Assembly: GCA_049513715.1 (NCBI GenBank)
Contig: JBEKVV010000003.1
Span: forward strand, 384,001 to 448,000
Direction: 5' to 3'
Source of the DNA: Candidatus Bathyarchaeia archaeon
GTDB lineage: Archaea; Thermoproteota; Bathyarchaeia; 40CM-2-53-6
DNA: 64,000 nt
In this document: positions 38,818 through 47,494 of the stretch, piece by piece
How the letters are laid out: each line of letters begins with the position of its first letter
Numbering within the stretch: position 1 is the first letter of the stretch
Notes under the pieces: generated by a model
Seen by the model: the letters and a program-made list of their open reading frames with translations, nothing else
The model's database searches: none
Told to the model about the DNA's origin: nothing
Position numbers and translations under genes: made by a program

Positions 38818-39567
38818 ATGGTTGACTGCGGGCGTTGCCACCGGAAATTCGACTCGTACTCTGGCCTACTCCAACACTATAAGGTAAAACATCCAAACGC
38901 GACGAACCTTAAGGACCTAGAAAGACAAGTCAGGACCGAGCAAGATACACGAGAACTAGTTTCAGCGAGTCTGCATTCGCATGGGCCCTCAAGAGCGAAG
39001 TTGATCGCATTCTCACTAATCGTGCTTATCGCGGTCAGCGTCACAGCTTACGTTGCGTTCGCACCAAAGGAAGTATTCACAACGACAGTCAGCGCGAAAG
39101 GGGTCGCTCCAGACTTCTCCTTACCGGATGTTAACGGCGGAACATTCACCCTTTCTGACTACAGGGGAAAGTCGAACGTCCTCTTGTTCTTCAACGAGGG
39201 TCTAAGTTGCGCTCCTTGCCTGCAGCAGATGCAGGGGTTGGACCAGCTTAATGCGGAATTTGGCAGAATGAATGTCGTGGTTGTTGATGTAACCGCTGAC
39301 CCTCTGCAGTTGCTGACGGATTGGACTAGGTCAAGTGGGCCCCAGTATGCCAAGGTTCTTTCCGACCAAAACCTCGCCGTTAGCAAAATGTACGGAATGC
39401 TGGGCCCAGACGTGAGCATGATGCCGTACTCCAAGCCTGGACACACGTTCGTTCTGGTAAACACATCGGGTGTCATAGTCTGGAGACAAGACTACGGGCC
39501 TAGCAACATGTTCGTTCCAAACAACCAAATCGTTGCCCTTGTCTCGAAGGCGCTCGGAGCCAGCTGA
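38818..39567 (+). CDS. C2H2 zinc finger + TM + redoxin-domain protein
   Basis: CGRC...H...H, TM helix, APDFSLPD, CAPC. Confidence 0.85.
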   Translation: MVDCGRCHRKFDSYSGLLQHYKVKHPNATNLKDLERQVRTEQDTRELVSASLHSHGPSRAKLIAFSLIVLIAVSVTAYVAFAPKEVFTTTVSAKGVAPDFSLPDVNGGTFTLSDYRGKSNVLLFFNEGLSCAPCLQQMQGLDQLNAEFGRMNVVVVDVTADPLQLLTDWTRSSGPQYAKVLSDQNLAVSKMYGMLGPDVSMMPYSKPGHTFVLVNTSGVIVWRQDYGPSNMFVPNNQIVALVSKALGAS

Positions 39568-39570
39568 GTA

Positions 39571-39837
39571 GTGTCAAAAGTCATTTTGCTGAGTAGCGTG
39601 GGTTGCACGCCCTGCCTGCGTGTTAAGCGGTACCTTAACGAGTTCCACGCGAAGAACCCTCAGATCGAAGTCGAGGAAATTGAATTTTCTTCTCAAGTTG
39701 GATCAAAACTTGCAGTGGAAAATGGAGTCCTTTACCCGCCCGCGGTCTTCCTTGAAGGCAAACTGATTGCCAAAGGAAAGATACACGCAGAGACGTTGAT
39801 CACGACCATCCAAGAGGCCGAAATGGTGAATGTTTGA
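39571..39837 (+). CDS. Glutaredoxin/thioredoxin-like protein
   Basis: CTPC near N-terminus, YPP cis-Pro loop. Confidence 0.85.
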   Translation: MSKVILLSSVGCTPCLRVKRYLNEFHAKNPQIEVEEIEFSSQVGSKLAVENGVLYPPAVFLEGKLIAKGKIHAETLITTIQEAEMVNV

Positions 39838-40718
39838 TGTCACTGCTTCTTCTCGCATACCTGATAATTGCATTTGTTGCAGGCGTGATTGCGCTTGCAA
39901 TGCCATGCTGCTTTAGCGTACTTCTCCCATCGTACTTCGCCCAGAGCTTTAGGCAGAAAACGCGGCTAATCGGAATGACTGTCATTTTCTCCTTAGGCAT
40001 CGCCACGATAATGCTTCCGCTCACCCTAGGCGTGGTAGCAGTTGCAGGAACGGTTACTTCGAATCACAGCTTGGTCTTCGTGGCCGGAGGGTTCCTGATG
40101 ATTGTGTTCGGGTTTCTCACTCTATGGGGGCAGGGTATGCTGCCGCAATTGAATTTGCCCGTCAGCCTGAAACGCACCGACGCATTTTCAGTTTACACCC
40201 TCGGAATCTTCTCAGGAGCAGCGACCTCGTGCTGCGCCCCTGTTCTAGCTGGAGTCCTCGTATTGTCCGCTTTATCAGCTGGAACCTTTGAGGGATTGCT
40301 AATTGGGTTCACGTACGTACTTGGGATGGTCTTTCCACTCTTCGCAATCGCCCTCGCATGGGACAGATATGTGCCTAACGGAGAAAATCCGTTGAAGGGG
40401 CGACTTCTACACTTCAATACATTCGGCCGCGAAGTTGCGATACACTCATCAAAGCTCATTTCCGGCCTGATGTTCGTCTTGATGGGAATCGTCACCGTTG
40501 CATTGGGCCTACTGGGGAGAATGATTCCGGCACCCGGCGCTGCGCAAATAGGGGCCATGCAGGCCCAGCTCGCGTATGTTCTGACGGCTTACTTCGTGAA
40601 TTCCTCTGGACTAGAGTTAGTTGGAGTTCTTGGTGTGGCGATAGTCATCATTGGCGTCTTCGCTCTGAAAAATCACATCAGAAAACTACTGGAACCCGCT
40701 AGAATCGAGGGGGACTAA
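39834..40718 (+). CDS. CcdA/DsbD-type transmembrane thiol reductase
   Basis: AMPCCFSVLLP and SCCAPVL in TM helices. Confidence 0.85.
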   Translation: MMSLLLLAYLIIAFVAGVIALAMPCCFSVLLPSYFAQSFRQKTRLIGMTVIFSLGIATIMLPLTLGVVAVAGTVTSNHSLVFVAGGFLMIVFGFLTLWGQGMLPQLNLPVSLKRTDAFSVYTLGIFSGAATSCCAPVLAGVLVLSALSAGTFEGLLIGFTYVLGMVFPLFAIALAWDRYVPNGENPLKGRLLHFNTFGREVAIHSSKLISGLMFVLMGIVTVALGLLGRMIPAPGAAQIGAMQAQLAYVLTAYFVNSSGLELVGVLGVAIVIIGVFALKNHIRKLLEPARIEGD

Positions 40719-40722
40719 AGCA

Positions 40723-40956
40723 TTGAAATCAACCCCAGTGACAGAACAAAGACCGATTGGGCGGGCAGTCTTATCACTATCCAATTGTGAAGGCGACGCA
40801 CCAGTTCAAATACTTCAGCGTACGCTGAAGAAGACACCTGGCATAAGGCATGTAGATCTCAATTATGCTGCTAACACAATAACTGTCGACTATGATCTAA
40901 CCAAAATCACATTCGAAGAGGTAAGGGCAGTCATCAAACAGCCCCTTCTAGCTTGA
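40723..40956 (+). CDS. HMA-domain protein with degenerate metal-binding motif
   Basis: L...PGI..V.LN......VDYD fold pattern; only one Cys (SNCEGD). Confidence 0.7.
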   Translation: MKSTPVTEQRPIGRAVLSLSNCEGDAPVQILQRTLKKTPGIRHVDLNYAANTITVDYDLTKITFEEVRAVIKQPLLA

Positions 40957-40983
40957 GTCTTTCGAAACGCGGGAGGAAGTAGA

Positions 40984-43065
40984 ATGGCCAAGGACCCGAT
41001 TTGTGGCATGTTTGTGGATGAGAAGACCGCGACCATAACCCGCACGATTCGGGGAACAAAATGGTACTTCTGCAGCGAAACCTGCGCCATGACATTCGAG
41101 AAACCAGAGGTCGAAATCAGACGTCTCAAGCTCTTGGTGATAATTGGCATCGCGCTCACAGTACCAACAGGTTTGTTCACATACGTTATGCTTCTTCCAT
41201 CCAACATCAACAATTATCTGCTCTTCATTTTGGAAACGCCAATACAGTTCATCGTGGGCTGGCGCTTCTACAGGGGCGCATACGACGCTCTAAGAAACCG
41301 AATGGGTAACATGGATCTTCTAATTGCCATTGGTACTACTGCCGCTTGGGCATACAGTACAGTAGTCACTTTTCTTCCGTCAGTCTTCCCCACGAGCGGA
41401 GCATACTTCGATACAGCTGCAGTGATCATCACCCTGGTCCTACTCGGGAACATGTTGGAGCATATCAGTAAGGGAAGAGCTTCCGAGGCAGTTCGCAAAC
41501 TCCTAGATCTACAGCCCAGGATGGCACACGTGATCCGCAATGGGGCTGAAGAGGAAGTTCCAGTAGAGTCGGTCAAAGTAGGCGATATTCTAGTTATCCG
41601 CCCCGGGGAAAGGATACCGGTTGACGGAGTGGTGACTGAAGGCAACTCTGCTGTTGACCAATCCGCCATCACCGGAGAAAGTATCCCCGTTGAAAAAACT
41701 GCTGGCGATGAAGTAATCGGAGCAACAATCAACACATTCGGTCTTCTCAACGTTCGAGCATCGAAGGTCGGAGCAGATACAGTACTATCAAAGATCGTTC
41801 AACTCGTCGAAGAAGCCCAGATGGCGCATGCGCCGATTCAACGCCTCGCCGACCAGGTTTCAACATACTTCGTGCCTGCAGTTATCGTAATCGCCACAGG
41901 GTCGGCGCTAGGTTGGTATTTCTTCGGTGGATTGGCGCTCAACTTTGCTTTATTGGCGTTTGTCTCAGTAATCGTCATCGCATGCCCGTGTGCACTTGGC
42001 ATCGCTACTCCAGCCGCAATTCTTGTCGGAACAGCCAAAGGCGCTCAGAATGGGATTCTCATCAAAGGCGGTGAGTATCTAGAGACAACCCATAAGATAC
42101 GGACAATTGTCTTTGACAAGACCGGCACTCTGACCAAAGGCAAACCGTCGGTAACAGATGTCATAGTCAGTGGAAAGCACACGGAACAAGAAGTACTTCA
42201 GCTGGCCGCCTCAGCCGAGAAAGGCTCAGAACATCCTCTCGGCCGAGCAGTCGTAGAAGCTGCTAAGAAAAAGGGCATAAGCATACCTGACGCGACCTCA
42301 TTCAAAGCCGTACCAGGCGCGGGCGTAGTAGCAGAGCACAATGGGAGAACCGTATTGCTGGGAAACCGAAAGCTGATGGCAAAATATGACATGAACCTCG
42401 CGCCAGTCGAAGCCGACATATCTGCGCTTGAGGAAGAGGGTAAAACGGTCATGGTTCTATCCGACGGCAAGGAACTCCTCGGTGTCATCGGCCTCGCAGA
42501 CACCCTCAAAGATGACGCTTCAGACACAGTCCGAGAATTGCAGCGAATGAAGATTGAAGTCGTAATGTTGACAGGCGACAACATCCGAACGGCCAAAACC
42601 GTTGCTAGCAAATTGGGCATAGACAGGGTTGTGGCAGACGTTCTGCCAGAGCAGAAGGAGAAGATTATCAGAGACTTGCAAAAGGAAGGTAAGGTTGTGG
42701 GCATGGTTGGAGACGGAATCAACGATGCGCCAGCTCTTGCAGCGTCCGACATTGGAATTGCCATCGGAAGCGGAACAGATGTCGCGGTCGAAACAGGCGG
42801 CATTGTTCTGATCAGGAACAACCTACGAGATGTGGTGATCGCCATCAAACTCAGTAAGGCAACTGTCAGCAAGATCAAGCAGAACCTGTTCTGGGCATTC
42901 TGCTACAACGTTGCACTCATCCCCATCGCTGCAGGTGCACTCGTGCCATTCCTCGGACCTGGTGTGTACAATTTCCTTCCATTCCTAGCTGCCGGAGCGA
43001 TGGCTTCAAGTTCAGTTACTGTCGTAAGCAACTCCCTTCTGCTGAACCGGTTCAAACCACGGTGA
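40984..43065 (+). CDS. copA: Cu(I)-exporting P1B-1 ATPase with N-terminal YHS/TRASH domain
   Basis: DPICGM...YFCS..C, TGES, CPC, DKTGT, SEHP, GDGIND, YN, MASSS. Confidence 0.95.
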   Translation: MAKDPICGMFVDEKTATITRTIRGTKWYFCSETCAMTFEKPEVEIRRLKLLVIIGIALTVPTGLFTYVMLLPSNINNYLLFILETPIQFIVGWRFYRGAYDALRNRMGNMDLLIAIGTTAAWAYSTVVTFLPSVFPTSGAYFDTAAVIITLVLLGNMLEHISKGRASEAVRKLLDLQPRMAHVIRNGAEEEVPVESVKVGDILVIRPGERIPVDGVVTEGNSAVDQSAITGESIPVEKTAGDEVIGATINTFGLLNVRASKVGADTVLSKIVQLVEEAQMAHAPIQRLADQVSTYFVPAVIVIATGSALGWYFFGGLALNFALLAFVSVIVIACPCALGIATPAAILVGTAKGAQNGILIKGGEYLETTHKIRTIVFDKTGTLTKGKPSVTDVIVSGKHTEQEVLQLAASAEKGSEHPLGRAVVEAAKKKGISIPDATSFKAVPGAGVVAEHNGRTVLLGNRKLMAKYDMNLAPVEADISALEEEGKTVMVLSDGKELLGVIGLADTLKDDASDTVRELQRMKIEVVMLTGDNIRTAKTVASKLGIDRVVADVLPEQKEKIIRDLQKEGKVVGMVGDGINDAPALAASDIGIAIGSGTDVAVETGGIVLIRNNLRDVVIAIKLSKATVSKIKQNLFWAFCYNVALIPIAAGALVPFLGPGVYNFLPFLAAGAMASSSVTVVSNSLLLNRFKPR

Positions 43066-43086
43066 AGATCTGGAGGTGAGATCGAA

Positions 43087-43230
43087 TTGGTTAAGGATCC
43101 AATTTGCGGAATGAAGGTTGACGAGAAGAAAGCGGCGGGTTCAAGCTCGTATTCAAGCAAAACCTACTACTTCTGCTCGCCATTCTGCAAGAACGAGTTC
43201 GACAAGAACCCAGCGAAATATGCCACCTAA
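43087..43230 (+). CDS. YHS/TRASH-domain metallochaperone (47 aa)
   Basis: Not in the ORF track: TTG start, MVKDPICGMKVDEKKAAGSSSYSSKTYYFCSPFCKNEFDKNPAKYAT; GGAGGTGA upstream. Confidence 0.9.
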   Translation: MVKDPICGMKVDEKKAAGSSSYSSKTYYFCSPFCKNEFDKNPAKYAT

Positions 43231-43306
43231 AGTTCATTCAGGCATCCCTCACATTGAGGGGGGAATGATGGATGTCTACGGGCAAGCGTCAACGAGTGAG
43301 ATATTG

Positions 43307-43331
43307 GTGGGTTCAAATCCCACCGTCCCCA
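43307..43331 (+). repeat. tRNA T-arm fragment (scar)
   Basis: GTGGGTTCAAATCCCACC identical over 18 bp to 37961-37978, then CGTCCCCA acceptor-like tail. Confidence 0.75.
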
Positions 43332-43348
43332 CGAAGTTGGTTATACGT

Positions 43349-43361
43349 ACCGGTAAATTGG
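43349..43361. repeat. Right inverted repeat ACCGGTAAATTGG
   Basis: Perfect reverse complement of 37986-37998. Confidence 0.85.
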
Positions 43362-43386
43362 GGTCAAATTCCCACCCCCGGCGCCA
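43359..43386 (+). repeat. Direct repeat of the tRNA-Ser 3' end (attR/TSD-like)
   Basis: TGGGGTCAAATTCCCACCCCCGGCGCCA vs TGGGTTCAAATCCCACCCCCGGCGCCA: one substitution and one insertion. Confidence 0.88.
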
Positions 43387-43473
43387 ACTCCCTTAAGTTC
43401 TTCGTTCTCCGGCTTTGACCTTCCGGCCAAATTTATTTTAGTAGCTCCTCACTACGATGTTAAGTGGTTACTG

Positions 43474-43749
43474 ATGCCCAACGAAGTTCATTGCGCACAT
43501 ATCCTCGTTAAAACCCAGACAGAGGCACAAGCTGCCATGGAGAGACTGAACAAGAAAGATAAGTTCGCGAACATTGCCAGAGAGATCTCAATCTGCCCTT
43601 CTGCAAAGCGCGGCGGAGACCTCGGCACTTTTACCAGAGGAAAAATGGTCAAAGAATTCGAACAGGCGGCGTTCGTCCTTCAGAAGGGACAGATCTCACC
43701 CATCGTGAAAACAAAATTCGGATACCACATTATAAAGAGACTAGAATAG
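43474..43749 (+). CDS. Parvulin-type peptidyl-prolyl isomerase
   Basis: HCAHILVK, SICPS..RGGDLG, MVKEFE, TKFGYHII. Confidence 0.95.
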   Translation: MPNEVHCAHILVKTQTEAQAAMERLNKKDKFANIAREISICPSAKRGGDLGTFTRGKMVKEFEQAAFVLQKGQISPIVKTKFGYHIIKRLE

Positions 43750-43881
43750 ACCAGACGAAAGAGGACACCGGGATACGTGCCTAAGCGGCTCAGGTCAGAA
43801 TAGTTACACACGCATCGTTGAAGACTGACCTCTCAAGGAAAAGGCATTTAAACGGTAGTCGAATATCCGAATTCGATCTAA

Positions 43882-44055
43882 ATGGGCAGTACGAAATCGT
43901 ACCTTGCAATTCTAATGGGAATAATAATTATCGTAGCAGACCTATGGTGGACTTGGACAAGCTATACGTATCTGCCCTGGCTAGCTGCTGGTGTAATAAT
44001 ACTCGTTGCCAGCGTGATCTGGATCTATATTGACTACGACCTGATGAAGAAGTAA
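43882..44055 (+). CDS. Small 2-TM membrane protein (57 aa)
   Basis: Not in the ORF track: MGSTKSYLAILMGIIIIVADLWWTWTSYTYLPWLAAGVIILVASVIWIYIDYDLMKK; TTTAAA box upstream. Confidence 0.7.
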   Translation: MGSTKSYLAILMGIIIIVADLWWTWTSYTYLPWLAAGVIILVASVIWIYIDYDLMKK

Positions 44056-44144
44056 CCTGCACCTAACCATGGGATGGGAAACAGCCCTCTCGACTAAGCG
44101 TAGAAGAACACCGTCAGCCCGAAAAAAACGGCACAAGAGCTTCC

Positions 44145-44201
44145 GCGGGTTCAAATCCAGCCCGCGACGCCAAAATCCCCCGCGAATTCCACCCCGGCTC
44201 A
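44145..44201 (+). repeat. Two further degenerate tRNA 3'-end fragments
   Basis: GCGGGTTCAAATCCAGCCCGCGACGCCA (44145-44172) and GAATTCCACCCCGGCTCA (44184-44201). Confidence 0.55.
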
Positions 44202-44256
44202 TTGCAGTAAGCAGCAATTCAATAATAGACACCAATCACTATCTCACGAGCTATCA

Positions 44257-44583
44257 GTGAACATGAAACCCAAAGACCGGCAAAGCTTCGAGTACACTGT
44301 TCTCGCTATTTTGGAGTATTTTGTTAGACATGAAGCTCTAGGTCCAATAACGAAGTACCATATCATGAATCGAATTCCAGGTCTGGCAACCCAGAGGCAA
44401 GACCGAGTCTCCGAGATCTTGGACCTTCTCGTTCTGCGAGGGTGGATTTCGTTGGAGAAGCAAGCAAGTGCCAATGCGGTTTACAAGATAACTGCAGAGG
44501 GGAAAATAGAGTATGACAAGTGGATCCGACAATTCCTCTCATTTGTGAGAATCCTCAGGACGGGTAACCAAGAGGACGGCTAG
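44257..44583 (+). CDS. Winged helix-turn-helix DNA-binding protein
   Basis: ILE...ITKYHIM...LDLLVLRGWI......YKITAEG. Confidence 0.75.
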   Translation: MNMKPKDRQSFEYTVLAILEYFVRHEALGPITKYHIMNRIPGLATQRQDRVSEILDLLVLRGWISLEKQASANAVYKITAEGKIEYDKWIRQFLSFVRILRTGNQEDG

Positions 44584-44591
44584 CGCGAACT

Positions 44592-45353
44592 CTAGCCGCC
44601 TACGGACACGACTGAGAAACCAGACTGCGTTTCCTCTATTAGATCTGTCGAGAAACCCAAGTGTCTTCTCGAGAGAGAACTATTATAGTCAATTGTTTCA
44701 GCGGGAAACTCTTTGTCCGAAACGATTAGAAGTCGCCACAAACGCATGCGAAGACTGCGAATTTTCTGAACCGCCTCCGACAGATCCTTCGCGAGAACCG
44801 GTTTACCATGAACTCTTGTCGCAACGATCGCTCCCTTGTGACCGCTCATGGCCTTTATGACGTGCCCAGGTATGATTACATCGTAAGTCTCCGAATCTTC
44901 CCTCCTGTCCGCGAAATCATGGGGATCAAATTGGTTTTCCGCACGACTACCGGTAAGCGCGTTCAGTGCTTGATTTGCAAGCCTGACGCTCGGTGTCTCC
45001 CCCTCGGGATTCTGTGATTCGAACCTTAACGCGTACGAGAGGTCGTCTAAACGACTTCTCCACTTTTCCATTGTGCCGGTTGCTCTGTAAGTCAAGTAGA
45101 TGGCTACCGGAAGGATTACGAGCACGATTATGACGCCGCCAATGAATTCCTCGTGGATAGGAACAAGCCTTTCAAGCCTCTCTGAGAATCCGCCGAAAAT
45201 CAGAATCGAAATAACCATCAGAACAGTCGAGGTAATCCCCGATGCAAGTATTACCCGGCGGACCTTGTTCAAGAGAAGCGATGTCTCTGTAACATAGAGA
45301 ACGGATAACGCCATCCCGCTGTCCGTCGCGGTAGCGTCGGCTTTATAGCCCAT
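44592..45353 (-). CDS. Hypothetical membrane protein (2 TM + soluble domain)
   Basis: 253-aa ORF with two hydrophobic helices. Confidence 0.6.
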   Translation of the reverse strand: MGYKADATATDSGMALSVLYVTETSLLLNKVRRVILASGITSTVLMVISILIFGGFSERLERLVPIHEEFIGGVIIVLVILPVAIYLTYRATGTMEKWRSRLDDLSYALRFESQNPEGETPSVRLANQALNALTGSRAENQFDPHDFADRREDSETYDVIIPGHVIKAMSGHKGAIVATRVHGKPVLAKDLSEAVQKIRSLRMRLWRLLIVSDKEFPAETIDYNSSLSRRHLGFSTDLIEETQSGFSVVSVGG

Positions 45354-45472
45354 TTAACTCGTTCATGCATATTGTCCTATGCCTTTTACCGTTATGGGAA
45401 CTGAGTTCTGGTAGAACAATCTTACGAGGCCGCTTTTATCGAAATCTACCCTCACGCCCCCGTGAGATTTGA

Positions 45473-46306
45473 ATGGTAACCACCATCTCAGGCCAGAAAA
45501 CGCAGGCAAATTCCCCGATGGTCTCATTGAGTTTACTCTGGCCATTGCGAATCTTCATGGGTTTGACCTTTCTATATGCGGGAGTGCAGCATCTAACTGA
45601 CCCGTCTTACTTCGACCCGTCGAAATCAGGCTATATTGGGCATTTGATTGCACAATATGCCGTCGGATCCCCAATTCACGACTTCCTTCTAGGAGTAGTT
45701 GGACCGAATGCTGTCCTTTTCGGGTACGGAGTCGCTGTTGGCGAGTCGTTGATTGGCATCGCCACTCTGCTAGGATTCCTTTTCAGGATTGCAGCATCAG
45801 CCGGGTTACTACTCAACTTAACTTTCTTCTTATCCGCAACCTGGACTGCTTTCCCGTTCTATTTCGGTTCGGACATAGTATTTGTCATGTGCTGGTTGAC
45901 CATCCTCTTGACAGGCCCTCAGCTGAAGCAAAGCGTAGACGCAGTCTTGGCGAGACGCTACCGTTTCTTGAGTTGGTTGGTATCCCAGCCCCAGACGAAT
46001 CCAAGAATGAACCTCATAACGCCCGCAATAACGCCAGTTCAAACCCAAACGAGTCAAGTTCAGGTAGCAGTTCCTGATGGAGCCAAGCTATATCCCGGCC
46101 AAGTTCGCGAAGTGAACCGAGCGTTCGAGCGCATTAAACAGCAGTTTGTTCTTCACCGCGAAACTCAAACGATACTCGAGTTTGTGCGGGCTTTTGTGAT
46201 TAGTCTGGGCGTCGACCGAAACGACGCGTCACAAATTCTCAGCGGACTGCAGAACATCATCAACAGGCACTCAACGGAAGGGGCATACACCAAACAGGGG
46301 ACATGA
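45473..46306 (+). CDS. DoxD/DoxX-family (TQO small subunit-like) membrane protein
   Basis: PLRIFMGLTFLYAG..H..DP.YF, GE..IG...LLG, W...P.YFGSD. Confidence 0.82.
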   Translation: MVTTISGQKTQANSPMVSLSLLWPLRIFMGLTFLYAGVQHLTDPSYFDPSKSGYIGHLIAQYAVGSPIHDFLLGVVGPNAVLFGYGVAVGESLIGIATLLGFLFRIAASAGLLLNLTFFLSATWTAFPFYFGSDIVFVMCWLTILLTGPQLKQSVDAVLARRYRFLSWLVSQPQTNPRMNLITPAITPVQTQTSQVQVAVPDGAKLYPGQVREVNRAFERIKQQFVLHRETQTILEFVRAFVISLGVDRNDASQILSGLQNIINRHSTEGAYTKQGT

Positions 46307-46307
46307 C

Positions 46308-47015
46308 ATGGCAAACACTACAGAAACTGAACAAATCACTGACAAGATTGCGACGGCCTATGGATTGCAAGTCTCAAGGGATGTCGTAGCTTCAGTCTTT
46401 GCGGGGCGCCCTAAACTTCCTGTACTGCTCTCCCGTGCTTCTTTCCGACCTGATCTTGATGTCCGAACGAAGCAAAGAACGCGAGTCCAAAAGGAACGTA
46501 GGAATTTCCTCCGTAGCATCTTCGGATTCGTTCTGCTTTCCGCATCAGCACTAGTCCTACTGAAGATAGCAACAGTCTCAAGCACACAACCTGAAACATC
46601 CACTACTGTGCCCAGCAATCCCAGTAATCCAAGTAACCCTAGCACTCAGCCTCAAACGCCCACTACTTTACCCGGCAACCCAAGTAATCCTAGCACTCAG
46701 ACCCGACCAATTATAGCCAACGCGGCGAATATTGCACCAGACCAGTCGATAACCTACAATGACCCGTCTCTAGGTCCGATTATTCTGATCCATTTAGATA
46801 ACGGGCAGTTTGTTGCTTACAGTTCAATCTGCACTCACGCAGGTTGCCAAGTCCAATTCGACCCATCCGGGAAAGAGATGATATGCCCTTGCCATGGCGC
46901 AACATTCGACCCATACAACAATGCGCAAGTCACAGGTGGACCAGCCCCCTACCCACTACAAAAAATCCCTATACAATACAACTCCTCAACAGGCAACATC
47001 TACCTGACCGGATGA
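46308..47015 (+). CDS. Rieske [2Fe-2S] protein with internal Tat motif and PSN-repeat linker
   Basis: RRNFL + TM, CTHAGC, CPCHGATF, GPAPYPL. Confidence 0.9.
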   Translation: MANTTETEQITDKIATAYGLQVSRDVVASVFAGRPKLPVLLSRASFRPDLDVRTKQRTRVQKERRNFLRSIFGFVLLSASALVLLKIATVSSTQPETSTTVPSNPSNPSNPSTQPQTPTTLPGNPSNPSTQTRPIIANAANIAPDQSITYNDPSLGPIILIHLDNGQFVAYSSICTHAGCQVQFDPSGKEMICPCHGATFDPYNNAQVTGGPAPYPLQKIPIQYNSSTGNIYLTG

Positions 47016-47231
47016 GCAAAAGTCATTCACTCCGTTACGTTCTTCCCGGCCAATCAGATCCACAACACTCGTGATCTCCTTCTTGCTTTGGGCTTCGTCC
47101 AATCGCGAGTACAACTTACCTTCCAGGTACCACTGGCTGGTTTTGCACTATGAGAACTGAGTTCTAAGACAACAGACTTCCTCGGGTCCTTTTATCAAAA
47201 CAGAACCAATCGTAATTTCGGTGATAACTGA

Positions 47232-47483
47232 ATGAGAAACACTTTGCCCGTTGTCCTAGCGGTGCTCCTAGCCTTGTCAGGAATCTTGGCAGCCGGGGGA
47301 ATAGCCATAATGAAAACGTACACAACTCCCACTACACCAATCCCCACTAGCACTCCAACAACAATTCCAACGACATCCTTCCATAATTTAGCCTCACAAC
47401 AACCAAGTCCCCTGAAACTCACACAACAACCCCCCACGAACCAAACCTGCTCAGGCGACGACTGCTCGCAGAGCGACAATTAA
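47232..47483 (+). CDS. Small membrane-anchored Pro/Thr-rich protein with C-terminal CSGDDC
   Basis: N-terminal TM helix, low-complexity stalk. Confidence 0.55.
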   Translation: MRNTLPVVLAVLLALSGILAAGGIAIMKTYTTPTTPIPTSTPTTIPTTSFHNLASQQPSPLKLTQQPPTNQTCSGDDCSQSDN

Positions 47484-47494
47484 GACTGAACAAA

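Larger units (their letters stand above)
37962..43386. mobile_element. tRNA-Ser-anchored copper-resistance island without its own integrase or transposase
   Basis: Flanked by near-identical copies of the tRNA 3' end (37962-37988, 43359-43386) and abutting inverted repeats. Confidence 0.75.

Noticed and set aside
43258..43333. Possible complete tRNA ending at 43331
   Set aside because: A weak acceptor pairing is possible but no D or anticodon arm can be folded; treated as a fragment.
43307..44201. CRISPR-like repeat-spacer array
   Set aside because: The repeats are tRNA-derived, unequal and irregularly spaced; there are no cas genes and no CRISPR array was seen anywhere in the window.
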